Assembly (NCBI GenBank): GCA_964187785.1
Contig: OZ076409.1
Coordinates: 95,358,001-95,422,000, forward strand
DNA length: 64,000 nt
Origin: Amphiscolops sp. MND2022
Taxonomy: Eukaryota
Reading direction: 5' to 3'
Shown: in pieces, positions 48,931 through 61,667 of the stretch
Position numbering within the stretch: the stretch's first letter is position 1
How the letters are laid out: each line of letters starts with the position of its first letter
Program-made: the position numbers and the translations under genes
The notes under the pieces: model-generated
Database searches by the model: none
Told to the model about the DNA's origin: nothing
The model's input: the letters and a program-made list of their open reading frames with translations, nothing else

Positions 48931-49488
48931 CAAAGTTCATATTCAACTCATTTGTGTTGATTTTTTCACTATGTTCAAAATGAATTTCGAGATTTTCATT
49001 GAATATATGTTTTGGCTAAATGTCAAACTGAATGCACTTTTCTTCTATTTCATAGTGCAAAGTTACAAATTGAGTTTTAAAAGGTGCAAATTATGAAAAG
49101 TTCGGGCTGAGAAGGAATCGAACTCACTCTTCGTACCTGGGAGCCCATGAAATCAAGCAACTGGGTGACAGAGTCCCATCCATCGATTTGAGTTAACGCA
49201 AAAACTCACAATATACTCAAAACTTACCGCCTGCAAAAACTGCCAGAAAAAAAAGTTACTTGATTTCATGGACCCCCTAGTAAGAAGAGTGAGTTCGATT
49301 CCTTCCCAGCCCGAACTTTTCATAATTTTACACCTTTTAAAACTCAATTTGTAACTTTGCGCTTTGAAAATGAAGAAAAGTGCATTCAGTTTGAAATTCA
49401 GCCAAAAAGAAAATTCAATTTCAATGTCGAAATTCATTTCGAACAATTAGTGAAAAAATCAACACAAATGAGTTGAATTTGAACTTTG
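48931..49488. mobile_element. Foldback element with ~235-bp inverted arms
   Basis: 48931-49162 is the diverged reverse complement of 49254-49488. Confidence 0.8.
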
Positions 49489-50523
49489 AATGAGTTTGAA
49501 TTTAAACCAAAAGTAGTAAACGTTGCCTATTGTATGTTGAGTGAATTAAAAGGAACTACTGTTTCAAATTGTTTCAACTTAATTGTCAAACTTCGATTTC
49601 AAAGTTGAGCAAAAATTGATTTCATCAAAGTTGATCCGTTGCACAAATTCCTTCTGATTTTTTTTTAAAAATCAACGAAAACTTTCGTGCATACATAACC
49701 AGAAACTTTTTTTGTTGCAGATTTGCATCTTCTTGGGTTTGCCATGATTGAAACGTTGATTATCCCGAAAAGTTTCTCTATTCTCCAATTATACTATATT
49801 TTTTCAAAGTTTCATTAGAATTTCTTGTACCCAATTTCTTGCCACAACACATTCTGTGGGTTTCTTACTTTTCAAAATTCAGTTTGGATCCGTTTTCTTA
49901 GGAATTGCTTGGGTTGGAGGTTCTTTATCATGAATTATAGTTGTTTCTGTATTGGAATAAAAAAATGGTCAAAGGAATTAAACAAGATTGGTATTACTTT
50001 AAACAGCTGTTTCAAACGAGGGATAAAAATGTTTTTAGCAGCACTGCAAAAACAATGTATTTTATTTTTTTTTACTACAGTTCAATGATTTGAACTTCAT
50101 GTCTTCTATTATCTGTAATAATTTTAGCGATTACTGTGTGATAAATGTTTTTCTTCTTGCAGATTTTGATTGAAATGCCCCCACAAAAGGACGGCATTTG
50201 GCGAAATTTTAAAAAGTTGATGCAAATTGTTTATCCTCACTGAAATTGTTTAAAAAATGATTGTTTTTTGTTTTTGTTTGACGAGTTTGCAGCAATTTTG
50301 CATTTCTTCAAAAAAAATAAAAAACATGTATTTTATGAAAAAAAACTGTATGAAACGAAAACAAAAAACATGGTAAAATCGCAACCTTGGAGTCAGCGCA
50401 TTTTTTTCTCACCAGAAGAAAGTTTATTTCCCCAATTCCGCGCGCGGGGTGGGCGCCGAATAAGCAGTTCTGTTTTTCAAAGTCGGCACCCTTTTTCGGA
50501 TACTATCATCACGTTGTTTTCAG

Positions 50524-50659
50524 GAAGTGTGGGCGGCTCAAAAGCTGTCAAAGGACTCCTACAAGCCTGCCGTAGTCATTCCCTTCAACTTCCCCTCCAC
50601 GGACAAAAAGGAGGTGGCCGACAAATTCAAGGACACATGGCCTAACGCGACCTTCACAG
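50524..50659 (+). CDS. Gene A exon: EVWAAQKLSKDSYKPAVVIPF...WPNATFT
   Basis: tttcag/gttata, phase 0-1, open frame. Confidence 0.75.
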
Positions 50660-51496
50660 GTTATAACCATATATGGATATCAAAGTAAACAAAAACAAAA
50701 GAACTCGTTGTTGAAGGTAACTTTGACCAAGAAACAGAAACTGATGAAGGAATGAATTGAGAACTACAATATAGTACACAAAGCAACAGCAAATGACTGA
50801 ATGGTTTTTACGGAGATCTAGCATTGTTGACAGGTGTTAGTAAACAATAACAATAATGTGAAATACATGTTTGTCTATAGTGCGCTATAGCGCCATAGTT
50901 TCTCTGTCAATCGTCATTCTGCTACACTCGTAGATACAAATAATGATTATGTCTTAAATAACAAAAAAGTTGTCTTCTAAAATAGTATATCAAAATGCTT
51001 GGCAAACAATCGTGACCCTAGTTTGTGGAGACAAAACGGCTGCGCTTCTCATAACTGCCGAAAAATCATCTCGTCTTCTTTTATAAGTCTTCTTTTTTTG
51101 CTTTTGCTATCTGGAAGATTTTAAATTAATTATCTGGTAATTTATTACTTGCTGGTTATCATTTTTGAAATTAGTTTCGTGGTGTAGGTTGTTTTCGGAG
51201 ATACAAAATTTAGTAGTTTTTAAAAACTAATTTTTGCATCTTCGAAAAAAAACTTACACCGAAACCAGTTCCAAAAATGATACCAACCAAATAATTAATT
51301 TAAAAGTTTTTCAGCTAGCAACAACAAAAAAGTAAAGACGATGAGATAATTGTTTTTGATATTTATGAGAAGCTCGACCTTTTTGGCCTACACAAACGTG
51401 GGTCCCAGGAGTTTTGAACTACTTTTTCAAAGAAATCTTCCCTATTGTTTAGGTTTTCTAGTTTTTTGAAACTTCGAATAATTTTTAATGTTTCAG

Positions 51497-51582
51497 CAAA
51501 CCAAGATGGAATCTGGATAACAGAACCATTGGGTTCAGACCAATATTTGCTGGTTTATTCCTGGTCTAAATGCTGCAACTAA
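51497..51582 (+). CDS. Gene A terminal exon: ANQDGIWITEPLGSDQYLLVYSWSKCCN*
   Basis: tttcag acceptor, phase 1, TAA stop, AATAAA 54 nt downstream. Confidence 0.75.
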
Positions 51583-51635
51583 AAACCCAGCTAACTATCG
51601 AAAAAAAAACATTCATTGGACATTCTCTGTCTGAA

Positions 51636-51641
51636 AATAAA
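51636..51641 (+). promoter_or_regulatory. Candidate polyadenylation signal of gene A
   Basis: AATAAA shortly after the stop codon. Confidence 0.45.
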
Positions 51642-52956
51642 CTAGCATTGATTTGAAAAACAAATTAAAATATATGCCCGTATTCATTTCTGAAAACTTG
51701 GCAAAGTGTTTGATATCTTACATGAAAATTATGCATTCAAGGTTCTTGGAGAATTTTTTATCGGTTGCCAAAAAGGCGGAAACTTCCAGGAATTAACTAC
51801 TTTCTAATCACTAATTGGCAATATTCCGCAAAATTTTAGTGTACAAAAAGATCCCAAAAACTCTCCTTAAAAATTCAGTTTAACATCGGAAGAGAACAAA
51901 AAAGACGTTCCAAGAACTTTGCACTCTTTTCTTCGTGTGCAGTGTGCGAAATTGCATCCTAAATTCAAAAGTTTATTGAATTTGTCGTTTTCGCTAATTG
52001 AGATTGATAAGTATTTGAATTTCAACAAAGGGTAAAAATTGCGCAATTATCACCTTCCATTCAATTTCTGAGATGAAGTCAATGTTCCAGTGCTCCAATA
52101 ACAATTTTCATGCTGTAAACTACATTTACCAACCATATTTCAACATTTTATGAACCATTCGATCCAATATTGGGGTCGCTTGAATTGTTGGAACATAATT
52201 ATATATTTGGAGCGAAACAGTGACATGAAATTTTTGGAATCTGATTTAGGACTGAAAAACAAAAAAAAAAGAAAAATTGGATGAAAGAATATCCCTACTT
52301 GTTTAGAAGAGAGGATTGTCTATGTCATCCAGGTTGGTCCAAAATTCTATTTTTCCGTTTAACTTGGATCCTGCATATAAAGTGAACAAAGTATAACAAC
52401 CCAACACAGATAGTTTCCCATATATAAATTTCCGTTTTTTGGACCATGTAAAGTTCAGAAGCATTTCAGGTGGACAATCATTCGAAAGCATTGGTCGCTC
52501 AATGCTATTTGTTCCATGAGACAAAGAATAGGGCACAATTGATTCTGCTTCTTGGAGATAGCTCGAAATAACAAGAACACAAAAGATCTCTGAGTGATAA
52601 TAATGTATTTGTAACTTAGAAGTTAACAATAAATCTTGGTTATGGTATTTGGGAAACGAAAAACGTCAAGCTGTTGTTCATGCACTGACGAAGAGGATGC
52701 AGTGACACAAGAACGTGTACTGGTTGTTGTAAACAGAGTCGATGGTAAAAATAGAGAGAACATCTAGTCAGTGATATGTGGGTTACGTAATATTCTGTCC
52801 GAAAAAAAAGGTCCAAAAAAAGTTGAAGGTCGAAAAGGATCGTCAAAAGATTAGACTTGGCAGGTACTTTGAATGGCATCAGTTAACCGTTCATGTTTGT
52901 CTTGATGGTGTCATTTTCAAGGTATATAGTATATAGATCGTATATAGAACAGTATA

Positions 52957-53507
52957 TAGATCGTTTCAAAAAGTTCGCGAGACTAGAACTAATTAATCGT
53001 CGGTGAAAATACCTTTTGGGCAGTCGAAAAATTCATGTCGACGGCACCAGTTAACTCTCCTATCTTGTTGAGCATTCGTAAGAACGTCTTGTACAGCAAC
53101 ACGATTTCCAATGTCGCGATTATTCAAAAAACGGTGTTCCGTGGCATTGGAGACAGGTCGTCTGGCTGTAAGCAGAAGGTCAGAAAGCCGGAATTTTCGG
53201 TTTCGATTAACGCCCAGAAGCTGACGCTTGATTCTTCTCGTGAGTACGGATTTTCGATCCAATTTGACTTTTTTTCTGTCTGTCAGACAGCCTAATACGT
53301 CGCTTCAGGATTCCTCTAAGTGTTGACTCGGAAAAATCCGAGCAATTGCTGAGTTTGCATAATCCGGGCTTGCATCTTTGAAACGGCATATCGATTTTGC
53401 AAGGTCGTCGGATGTGCGTTTGCCTCGCATGGTTGCAGAAATTGATATGATAGCATCGCTAATGAAAAGACTGGTACCTAGTCTCGCGAACTTTTTGAAA
53501 CGATCTA
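52957..53507 (-). mobile_element. Internally deleted Tc1/mariner element
   Basis: Perfect 32-bp inverted match including TA (52955-52986 / 53478-53509); frameshifted transposase N-half ending RRVNWCRRH...IFTD. Confidence 0.85.
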
Positions 53508-55919
53508 TAGTTTCATTGATCTCTGACACTACTATCGACAAATTTTGTGTTTACATGTGACAAACTAGTGGCAGCAGCAAACGTTTCTGCACTTTTGATC
53601 AATCAAAATTGCAGCGATTTCATTTTTTGGAAAACCAATGGAAATAAAAGAAGTAATATCACTACGAAAGGCTTTGAAAAATAATTCCTAGGGCAGGGCA
53701 AAACATTAACAGTAGCAACGTTTAGGAAGGGCTATGCTCGGAGGAAAAATGATATCGACTGATGAAGTTTAGTTCTTCAATATGCTGTTCTCAGTATTGC
53801 TCCATTCAACTCAATGTGCCAACCGCTTGGAATTATTAGCAAGGCCATGGTAAGTTCCGAATGATCGGAGAACCACCATCTAGATCCTGGTATCTTGGGG
53901 GATTTGAAGTTGGTGACAGATTCGTCTCATCTTGCGTCTCAGATTCATTTCACCCATTGCAACTAAGTAAACACTCGGAAACTTCCCGAAACGGATATTC
54001 CACTGGAAATAAGATGCACTAACTGATGAATCTTGGAGTCTCACCAAAATAACTATATATTTTGGAAATCATAAGATTGTGTATTCTCTCGTTTTCGACA
54101 AAATCTCAAAAATTGTCAAAGCCAATGGTTACAATTTCGACTCACCTTGGTCCATGTGATAAAAGGAAGCGTTCCAACAACCTAACACAAGATTATGGTA
54201 ATCTGTAACTCCCCATGATCGTTTTCCAAAAACCATTCCATCAGACAGCTGCTATTCGTTGTTTCAACGTTTTAATCTTTTTCGTGACATTGATGTCGCC
54301 ATACACTTCCTACTCAGAAGTAGGAGTGAAGTTTGAGGGTTTTTCTGGCTAATGAAAGAGCGTCTTTGTAGCAAAAATAGTGCAAAAAAGGATGGACGTT
54401 AGGAAGTCAGGAAAAGCTTGATTGATATCTAAGTTTTCGTTTTAAGCTACACCAGTTCGATGAAGTTGAAGGCCCTCATTTTCGGAGATGAAAACTTTAG
54501 TGTGCAATATTTTCAATAAATTCATTACTTTAGTTGAGACAGCTGGAACATTTCACATGCTGCAGACCTGCATGCAGTGTAATTTCTTACATAATCTGCA
54601 AAGGTCGGTAAGATTTCTGTGGTGAATCTTGTAGACTTACACTGCATTTTCCACTACTGCAATTAAAATTTAAACAAATCCCACTTCCTTCCCGACATGA
54701 ACACTTTGTATGCACACCTTGTTCTCTCAACTACTCATCTGATGTGCTCACCGCTTCTCAAATAGAACGCTAAACTTGACTCTAATTTACAGTTTATTAA
54801 GTGACTGAAGATTGAAATGCCGTTAAAGATTTAAAGCTGGTAGCAAATCATTTCTTTTTAAACAGTTTCCCCATGAAAACCGCAAAACTTTAGAGCTTAA
54901 AATTGCCACCAATAGTTTGATGAATCTTTCAAGCACTTTACTAAAAGTCGAATTAACAGGGAAATATTTTCGCACGAACGTTTCTATTAGAGATTTAGAT
55001 AATCATAACAAAGGTTGCTGGAATCAAAGTTCATGCAAAAAGTTCAAGCAGTTTCATCAAGGTTGGCAAAAAAAGTCTCTGAAGCAAAAGTCTCTCGAAC
55101 CTCCATCACAATTGCAATGGTTAAATTTTCGTTCCGAAAACACATAAAGACCGGAAAATTTGTCACTTTGCGTATTTGGTAATTTTTAATGTTCGATTCA
55201 ATTTCATTCAAATCAAAGAATACCGCAGTATTTCTTATCGAAATCGGAGAAGTTTTTGCGTCTGTGACTTTTTTGTCTAATACATTTCCAGTGAAACAAT
55301 GCACTTTAATCTCTACGATATTAGCTGTCTTCAGCTTTATGGTGCCATAGTGCATGTAATGCTCTACCAAGAAAAAAACACTGAAAATTTGGTTAGTTTT
55401 TAGAGAAAAAATGATCCATTTTTAGAGATCAGAAGATGATAAACCCTTTTCACTTTTTCCCGATCTCAGAGACAACACAGACCAAAAATGCGATGGGTCA
55501 TTCTACATCATTCTATACCATTCTAGAAGCCGAAAGTAACATCATTGAGAGAACTTTTAACGACAGTAATTTCATCTAAATTTAACTCAACAGAAGAATT
55601 TCACAAGAGGACGAATTTGAAGTAATCTAAATTATTTTTTATCTAGCATTACAAATCTAATGTAAATGTAAACTAGGAGTATCATTTTGAGATCAAAAAA
55701 GTTTCTGACATGATTAAAAAGTGCAAGTCTTATTCCATTATAATAATTTTTGGGACAGGGAGTTTCAAACTGTTTACGCAATGGAAAAGATTTTTTTAAA
55801 TGATACTTCCTTTAACTGCAAACTGTTTGTTTCATTTCCTTCTCGGCATTTTCAAAAATTGTCACGAAATGGTCGTTAACGGGGTTAAAGAACAAAAAAG
55901 TTTCAATCCAGAAAACTCA

Positions 55920-56082
55920 TCAAGTATATTCTGCAGATAAAATCTCCAATCCGTTTTTGAGAGAACTTTTGATTGAATCCAGAATTCTTTTATTCTCGTC
56001 TAGTAATTCTTCGGATAGTTGATTTTCTGATGATCTCATGAAATCAACTGCACTCTTTAGCCTTTCCAGATTACTTCCGTAT
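55920..56082 (-). CDS. Gene B terminal exon: RYGSNLERLKSAVDF...LKNGLEILSAEYT*
   Basis: tttttag acceptor, phase 2, 53 open codons then TGA. Confidence 0.6.
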
Positions 56083-56287
56083 CTAAAAAAACACTTTCAC
56101 AAAAAGGTCTCATTAAGAAAAATATGTATCTTATTTTGTTAGTAATAGGTTGGAAATGTTTGAAAAACTCGTATGAAGCATGGATAATCAAAACACATGC
56201 TCGAACAACTTAAAACACTTCTGAAGAATTCCTCTGTAAGAATGATTCAGTTCAAGCTATTAGCAGTGAGAATATGACAATGTTTTT

Positions 56288-56850
56288 GGCGATTACCAGA
56301 ACTTTCGTCGCCAGAAATTTCGTCGTCAGAAATTTGTCGTCGGTGATTACGTTCTATAAAACGTCGCATTTTCTCTAATAATTAATAATCTTAATAATTA
56401 CCAATAATTGCGCACTTATTGCTATCATTGACTACTTTTAGCCATGGATTTGAGAGAAAAAGTTTCGGACCATGTTTCTTATCCCCCCATACACCTTGTT
56501 TCTTATGCCCCCGCCACGAAGTTGATTCGAGACTCAAAGCAAAAAATTTCTTCCAAAACTCAAAAATTCCCCCTGGAACAAGTCTAAATTGTAATGTAAA
56601 GGCCCGGTAGGTAGTTCCACCGGTAGGCCTGAATCTATACCATTGCTCAATAAGCGTCTTGATGAGTTGATTGAATGTAATTAACTTCTTGACTCAATTT
56701 TCGAGTTAAAATGAAACTTGTTCTTAAGATCTCATGTTAATAATTAAACAATTGAATGATTCAAATGATCTTTTGTGAACCCTGTTAATTCTAATAAATA
56801 CGACGAAATTTCCTACGACGAAATTTCTGGCAACGAAATTTCAGCCTCCG
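56288..56850. mobile_element. Degenerate MITE with aaatttcgtcg subterminal repeats
   Basis: Repeat clusters in inverted orientation at 56290-56342 and 56800-56845. Confidence 0.5.
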
Positions 56851-56963
56851 TTTTTGGCAATGAGTGTTTTCCCCACTTAGTATTTCATATCGATTTAACA
56901 GAAGAACCTGTTGAATTTCATGTACTTCAGCATGGCAATGCAAATATATTGAAAACGTCTCAC

Positions 56964-57035
56964 CTGACAAAGATATCTTCAAGAGCGTTGAACGCGAAAA
57001 ACAATCTGGCATTCAGGCTGTTGGCCTCGTCCAAG
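56964..57035 (-). CDS. Gene B exon: SLDEANSLNARLFFAFNALEDIFV
   Basis: gtttcag/gtgaga, phase 2-2; resembles the LNDQL..LE..F helix of the TfR dimerisation domain. Confidence 0.6.
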
Positions 57036-57099
57036 CTGAAACATGGCGAAGTTGATTCGAACATAAAAGCAGGAAAATAACCCCAATGCAATTTAACCG

Positions 57100-57589
57100 T
57101 TTTTAGTTGGCGCTTTTCTTAAGAAAAGAGCCCGACTATTACAGTCACTCGTTTTTTTTTCTTTTTTTATTCAAGACAGACTCGAAGCGACGAACGTTAA
57201 CGTTCAGCTAAAGGAAACTAAATACCAGGGAAACGCATGTAAATTATTCCAAAGGATCCCCCCTTTGGTTTTTTACTTTTTAAACGTTACCTACAAGCCC
57301 GGACGGGACTGAAGGGTCCCCCCTTTCGTTTTTTTTTGGGCACTGTGCGACTTTTTTTCGAAATTTTTTTAATGTCCCCAAAGGGTCTCCCCTTTGAGTT
57401 TTTTGTTATTTTGCTACAGAATGCGTGTTTATAAATCAAAAAGGGTCCCCCCTTTTACATTTTTCGGCACTGTGCGACATTTTCCGAAAGAAAATTTTTT
57501 CTCGAAATTTTCAAGTTTTTTTCCAAAAAATGTTTTGCGCTTTTTGAGCCTTAGATATAGCGCCGACTTGAGACGTTCCCGTCTTGTTT
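57100..57589 (+). mobile_element. Helentron-like element, copy 4
   Basis: Reverse-orientation copy with the same termini and aagggtcccccc core repeats. Confidence 0.65.
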
Positions 57590-58175
57590 CAATTTTGTTT
57601 CTCTGATCGAAATGGATCCATTTCATCTAGAGTCATTGAGTCAACAAGACGCCCACTGAGCACTACGATACTTTCCGCGCTTTGCGATAGCGAAAGTTAG
57701 AGTCTGAGACTGATTTGGAGAATAAAGAAGCAGTCAAAGTGATTTTGTAACGCGCGGAGCTTGATTCCGCTGAGAGTTCACAAGTGGCTGAATTGTGGAT
57801 GTCAATCTTAGCCATCCTGTAGTTGGCAATTGGTTATTATATAAAGACTGGTTGGACTGGTGTCGGGTCACAAGTCCGAAAGAATAAAATTAAATTTTTA
57901 CCGTCCAATAAGATTTCAGAAATCCAGCACAAGAAATACTTAGCACTGTATAGTTCTCTGCAATCTGATTGGTTGACGAGGGCGGACCGGAACGAAGTCC
58001 GTTCAAAGAATTTTAAAATGAGTTTTTCAATTTCCTCTAGTCAGCTATGTTCACATACTCCTAGTGCCCTAAATGCAGGAGCAAAGCGAAGCGGAGCGAC
58101 GTGCCATATGGCCATGCCTCAATGTTGCTACTTGGCGAAGGGAGCGAAGCGACCGAGCCATACAACAAATATGAA

Positions 58176-58275
58176 GCATTTTTTCGGACTTGTGCAACCC
58201 AAATTCATTTTCAGACTTTTGCAACCCAAATTCATTTTCGGACTTGTGCAACCCAAATTTATTTTCGGACTTGTG
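58176..58275 (+). repeat. 27-bp tandem repeat, ~3.5 copies
   Basis: cattttcggacttgtgcaacccaaatt. Confidence 0.85.
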
Positions 58276-58767
58276 AATAGCCGCCGTTGGACTACTCTCA
58301 GTAGAATTAGTAAGGTTATTGCGCTTCCAAGTTCTATAATCAATCGTGCGGAGCCAAACAACAATTTTGAGAAAACATTAGCAGAGTGAGACTCATGGGA
58401 AAATCTCTCCGACCTCTAAATCGAACTTTTTACAATCACTTTTTGTTTCACATATGCCGAAATACTTGATACACTGTAACGAAGATAGTAAGTAAATACA
58501 CGAATAAAATGATACACTTGAAAATGAATGGTCAATCCACTGCCCTATTTGAATCTGCTCGGAAGTTTTACATGTTCATTGAGATTGCCATGCATTTTTA
58601 GTATGATTTTGGGAGTTCCTTGGTGAACCATTCATGCTAAATATATCCCTGATGCAATGGTATTTCTTCAAGTATTTATTAGGATTTCTATACAATTTGG
58701 CTGGTTTTCACAGCAACATCAAGGAAATTCGAGAGTAATTCCCCGCGAAATTCTTTGAAGCACAAAC

Positions 58768-58870
58768 CTGATTTGCTCGGCGGTGACAGTGAAGTCAAGA
58801 AACGCATGTATATGTGTGGCTTCGAGCTGCAGTTGCTTCAGGATTGATCTCACCTCCGATTCCGAGTCTG
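58768..58870 (-). CDS. Gene B exon: ADSESEVRSILKQLQLEATHIHAFLDFTVTAEQI
   Basis: ttttcag/gtttgt on minus strand, phase 1-2, amphipathic-helix pattern. Confidence 0.6.
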
Positions 58871-58935
58871 CTGAAAATTGCAATCAAAGTTTGAAATATT
58901 TATCGAGTAAACTACAATGCAACACTCTCGTTGGG

Positions 58936-59386
58936 GGCAAAGTTGGAACCGCGGCGGGCTTATGTTGCCGGCTAAAATGGGGCCGGATAAATGTTGCCGG
59001 GCGGGCTTATAGCCGGGCTTTTTCGAGCTTAATTTTTGTCGGGTCGGGTATAAAAATTCGGAAAATAAATCGAAAATTATACATTAAACTGAGCAAGATT
59101 TTAGTCAAGCGGGACTACTTATTCGCATAGCTCGTAGAGCCCATATCTCTGCCAAAAAGCTGTCTGATGTTGAATTTTTGAATTCCGTTGTAAAAAACTG
59201 TATTTCTGAATTCTCATGATGCTTGTACCTGATTATCATTTACAATTTACTATCGGGTATCAACTTCGTTTTCAGTCAGTTTCGTCGGGTATTAAAAATG
59301 TTCAAAAATATCGGGTCGTGACCGGATTTCTGAAACAGACTCGGGCCGGGCTTTCGGTAGAAAATCATGTCACGATTCCAACTCTG
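58936..59386. mobile_element. Degenerate MITE with cggg/gccgg repeats
   Basis: Ends caaagttggaaccg / cgattccaactctg. Confidence 0.45.
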
Positions 59387-59678
59387 ACATGTTGGAACAG
59401 GGACAATGTTTTTCTTGCAAGGATCGCGTGAAACCCTCCCAAGGATTGTCTTTTTTCTCAACCATGGTAGGAGCTGATGTTCCTAAAAAGTGCTCAAATG
59501 TACTTCAATGGAAGTTCAAACGATGGCTTTTAATGCTGCAGGGAACAATTGGAGCAAATAAAAGTTGATGTTTTACATAGTTCAAAACTAATAACTTGTC
59601 ATCGAATGGAAACACATAGAGTTGGGCTTCGCCATTTTACACGGTAATTCAAGCATACTTTTTCTTCATTTTAATTAA

Positions 59679-60155
59679 CCCTAAACAACCCAGTGGTACT
59701 TTAAAGTCACATACCTTTTTTCAATTTCTAATCCGTTGTGCCAGTAGCCCATATTCTCTAGCACAGTTTTTTTCAACAATTCTTTGGTACCTAGATTGGT
59801 TTGAATGGCACAAGAATTAGGAAAAGTGAATATATCTCCAAAACTGAGAAAAATGAGTTTTTTTGCACAAAAAAAATTTTTTCTAAATTTCAGTTTTTGG
59901 CGAAATCCAGTTTTCTCAAAAAAATCTTGTCCTATAGCAAAAACCAACCCCATACACTTGCACAACAAGTTCTTACGCAACAAATCCTAAAAACATTCTG
60001 TTGTTACTACAAACCCCCGCGCAAGCCAAAATCAGACCTTTCAAACGCGCTATAGTTCGTTTCTCTGGTACGCGTAGTTGTGGAGATATTGATAATAAAA
60101 AATTTTTTATCCAATTTTTTTTGAAAAATTGCAAAAACGTCCGGGTCGGTTAGGG
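59679..60155. mobile_element. piggyBac-like MITE
   Basis: TTAA on both sides; TIR ccctaaacaaccc / gggtcggttaggg (11/13 match). Confidence 0.75.
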
Positions 60156-60447
60156 TTAAACAAAGAACTTAGAAATGTTTCGATTAAAAGATTCTTCCAA
60201 TCAGTGGACATTGTCTATCCAAAATTGAGGATTAAACATTTCAAATTCGCGAACTGTTGTTTGGTCTGCTTAGAGTATCTCAGTGCCTTGTTGATTTTAC
60301 TCTGGGTTATGTATATCGCTATGAAAGTAGGAATGTCGTGGACTCAAACCCCGTAGAGATCTTAGTTTTTTTGCAATTCCTAACAATCACTTGGACCAGG
60401 TTTAATTTTCTCACAAATTAAACGGTCACGTGACAAGACAGTGTTCT

Positions 60448-60624
60448 AGTAATGTGGTAGAAACCCAATCTACTTAATTTTCTTGGCAAATTTTTAAACT
60501 TCATTACTCTATGTTCTATACACGCTACTTTATTACACTCAGTAACGTACAGATACAACATAGATTATTGAACTTTAAAAATGGACCATAATCATCAAAT
60601 AGACTGGGTTTCTACCACATTACT
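60448..60624. mobile_element. Small MITE
   Basis: TIR agtaatgtggtagaaaccca / tgggtttctaccacattact. Confidence 0.65.
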
Positions 60625-61496
60625 GTGCGTAACAAGATTCGTCCAATAACATCTCGGTAACTGTGATGCCATGCATGGTACAATCTTGAATGATGTTTTT
60701 GCCTCGGCTGTAGCACGAAAATTTTGAAATTTTATATTTTCTTTGGAGTGTCAAAAAAGCTATGAACAGTTTTGAAGGGCTTCGTCTGAAAGCAGGGCGC
60801 CCAACTTGTTTCTTTTTGACTGGATTCCCGTTTATTCTCGACTCAAAAGAAAAAAAAAGCTGGAAAGAGCCCAAGTGGACGCCCTGTTCTCAGATTTTGA
60901 AAATCCTTCAATATCGTTTAGAGTCTTTTTTGGAACAAATTTGCTGACAGTTAGGAACGAAACAAAAAGGGACCAATTGGATTCTTTTGTCTGTGCGTTA
61001 TAGCGAACACAAGATTGACGCATTCAAGAAATGAACTCTCTTAAAGAGCCGAAAAATTGCAGAAGAAAATTCAAGGCTGGTAGGAATTTCTCTTCTAGTT
61101 TAATAAAAAAGCTAGAACAACAAACTAACCAAGAAAAGAGAGACTTTTTAGTTTGTTGCGAAATTACCGTAAAGCATATACGATTGAGTTCATTCATTTT
61201 CGCACCCCCCCCCCTTTGTTACCTGGCGAAACGTAGAGAAGGACAGAAAGAACTACGTCCCCCGAATCATGTTAGGTATATCCGAAGTTTGAACTATAAA
61301 AAAGGTAGTTCAAATTGAAAACATAGAAACTTCGATGTAAAGTTTACACGAACCTATAATCACACCATCTAAAAACTGGACTCGGCTATCCTGTCGTACT
61401 ATTCGAAGGTACGAGTTCGGAAACTTTAGGAAATCCATCAGTTTCAGCTTTTTGAACTTGAAAGAAAAAACGGTTAAGGAAATTTCATCAAAATAC

Positions 61497-61667
61497 ACTC
61501 AAAGTGTATTATGTCGCATGTTTGAGATATATGACTCTTACCATAAATCGTTCAAGTGACTCAAAAAAGTTGAAATTAAGTCTTTTGTTTCAACTTTTTT
61601 GAGTCACTTGAACGATTTTATGGTAAGAGTCATATATCTCAAACATGCGACATAATACACTCTGAGT
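61497..61667. repeat. Near-perfect ~170-bp palindrome (hairpin MITE)
   Basis: ~78-bp arms, ~12-nt loop, one substitution and one indel. Confidence 0.85.

Noticed and set aside
57666..57817. Alternative terminal exon of gene B (RMAKIDIHNS...)
   Set aside because: Open in phase but unlike the family; the 57035 and 56082 exons give a better continuation
57823..58389. 188-aa plus-strand ORF
   Set aside because: Non-ATG start, spans a 27-bp tandem repeat, no motifs, lies antisense in a gene B intron
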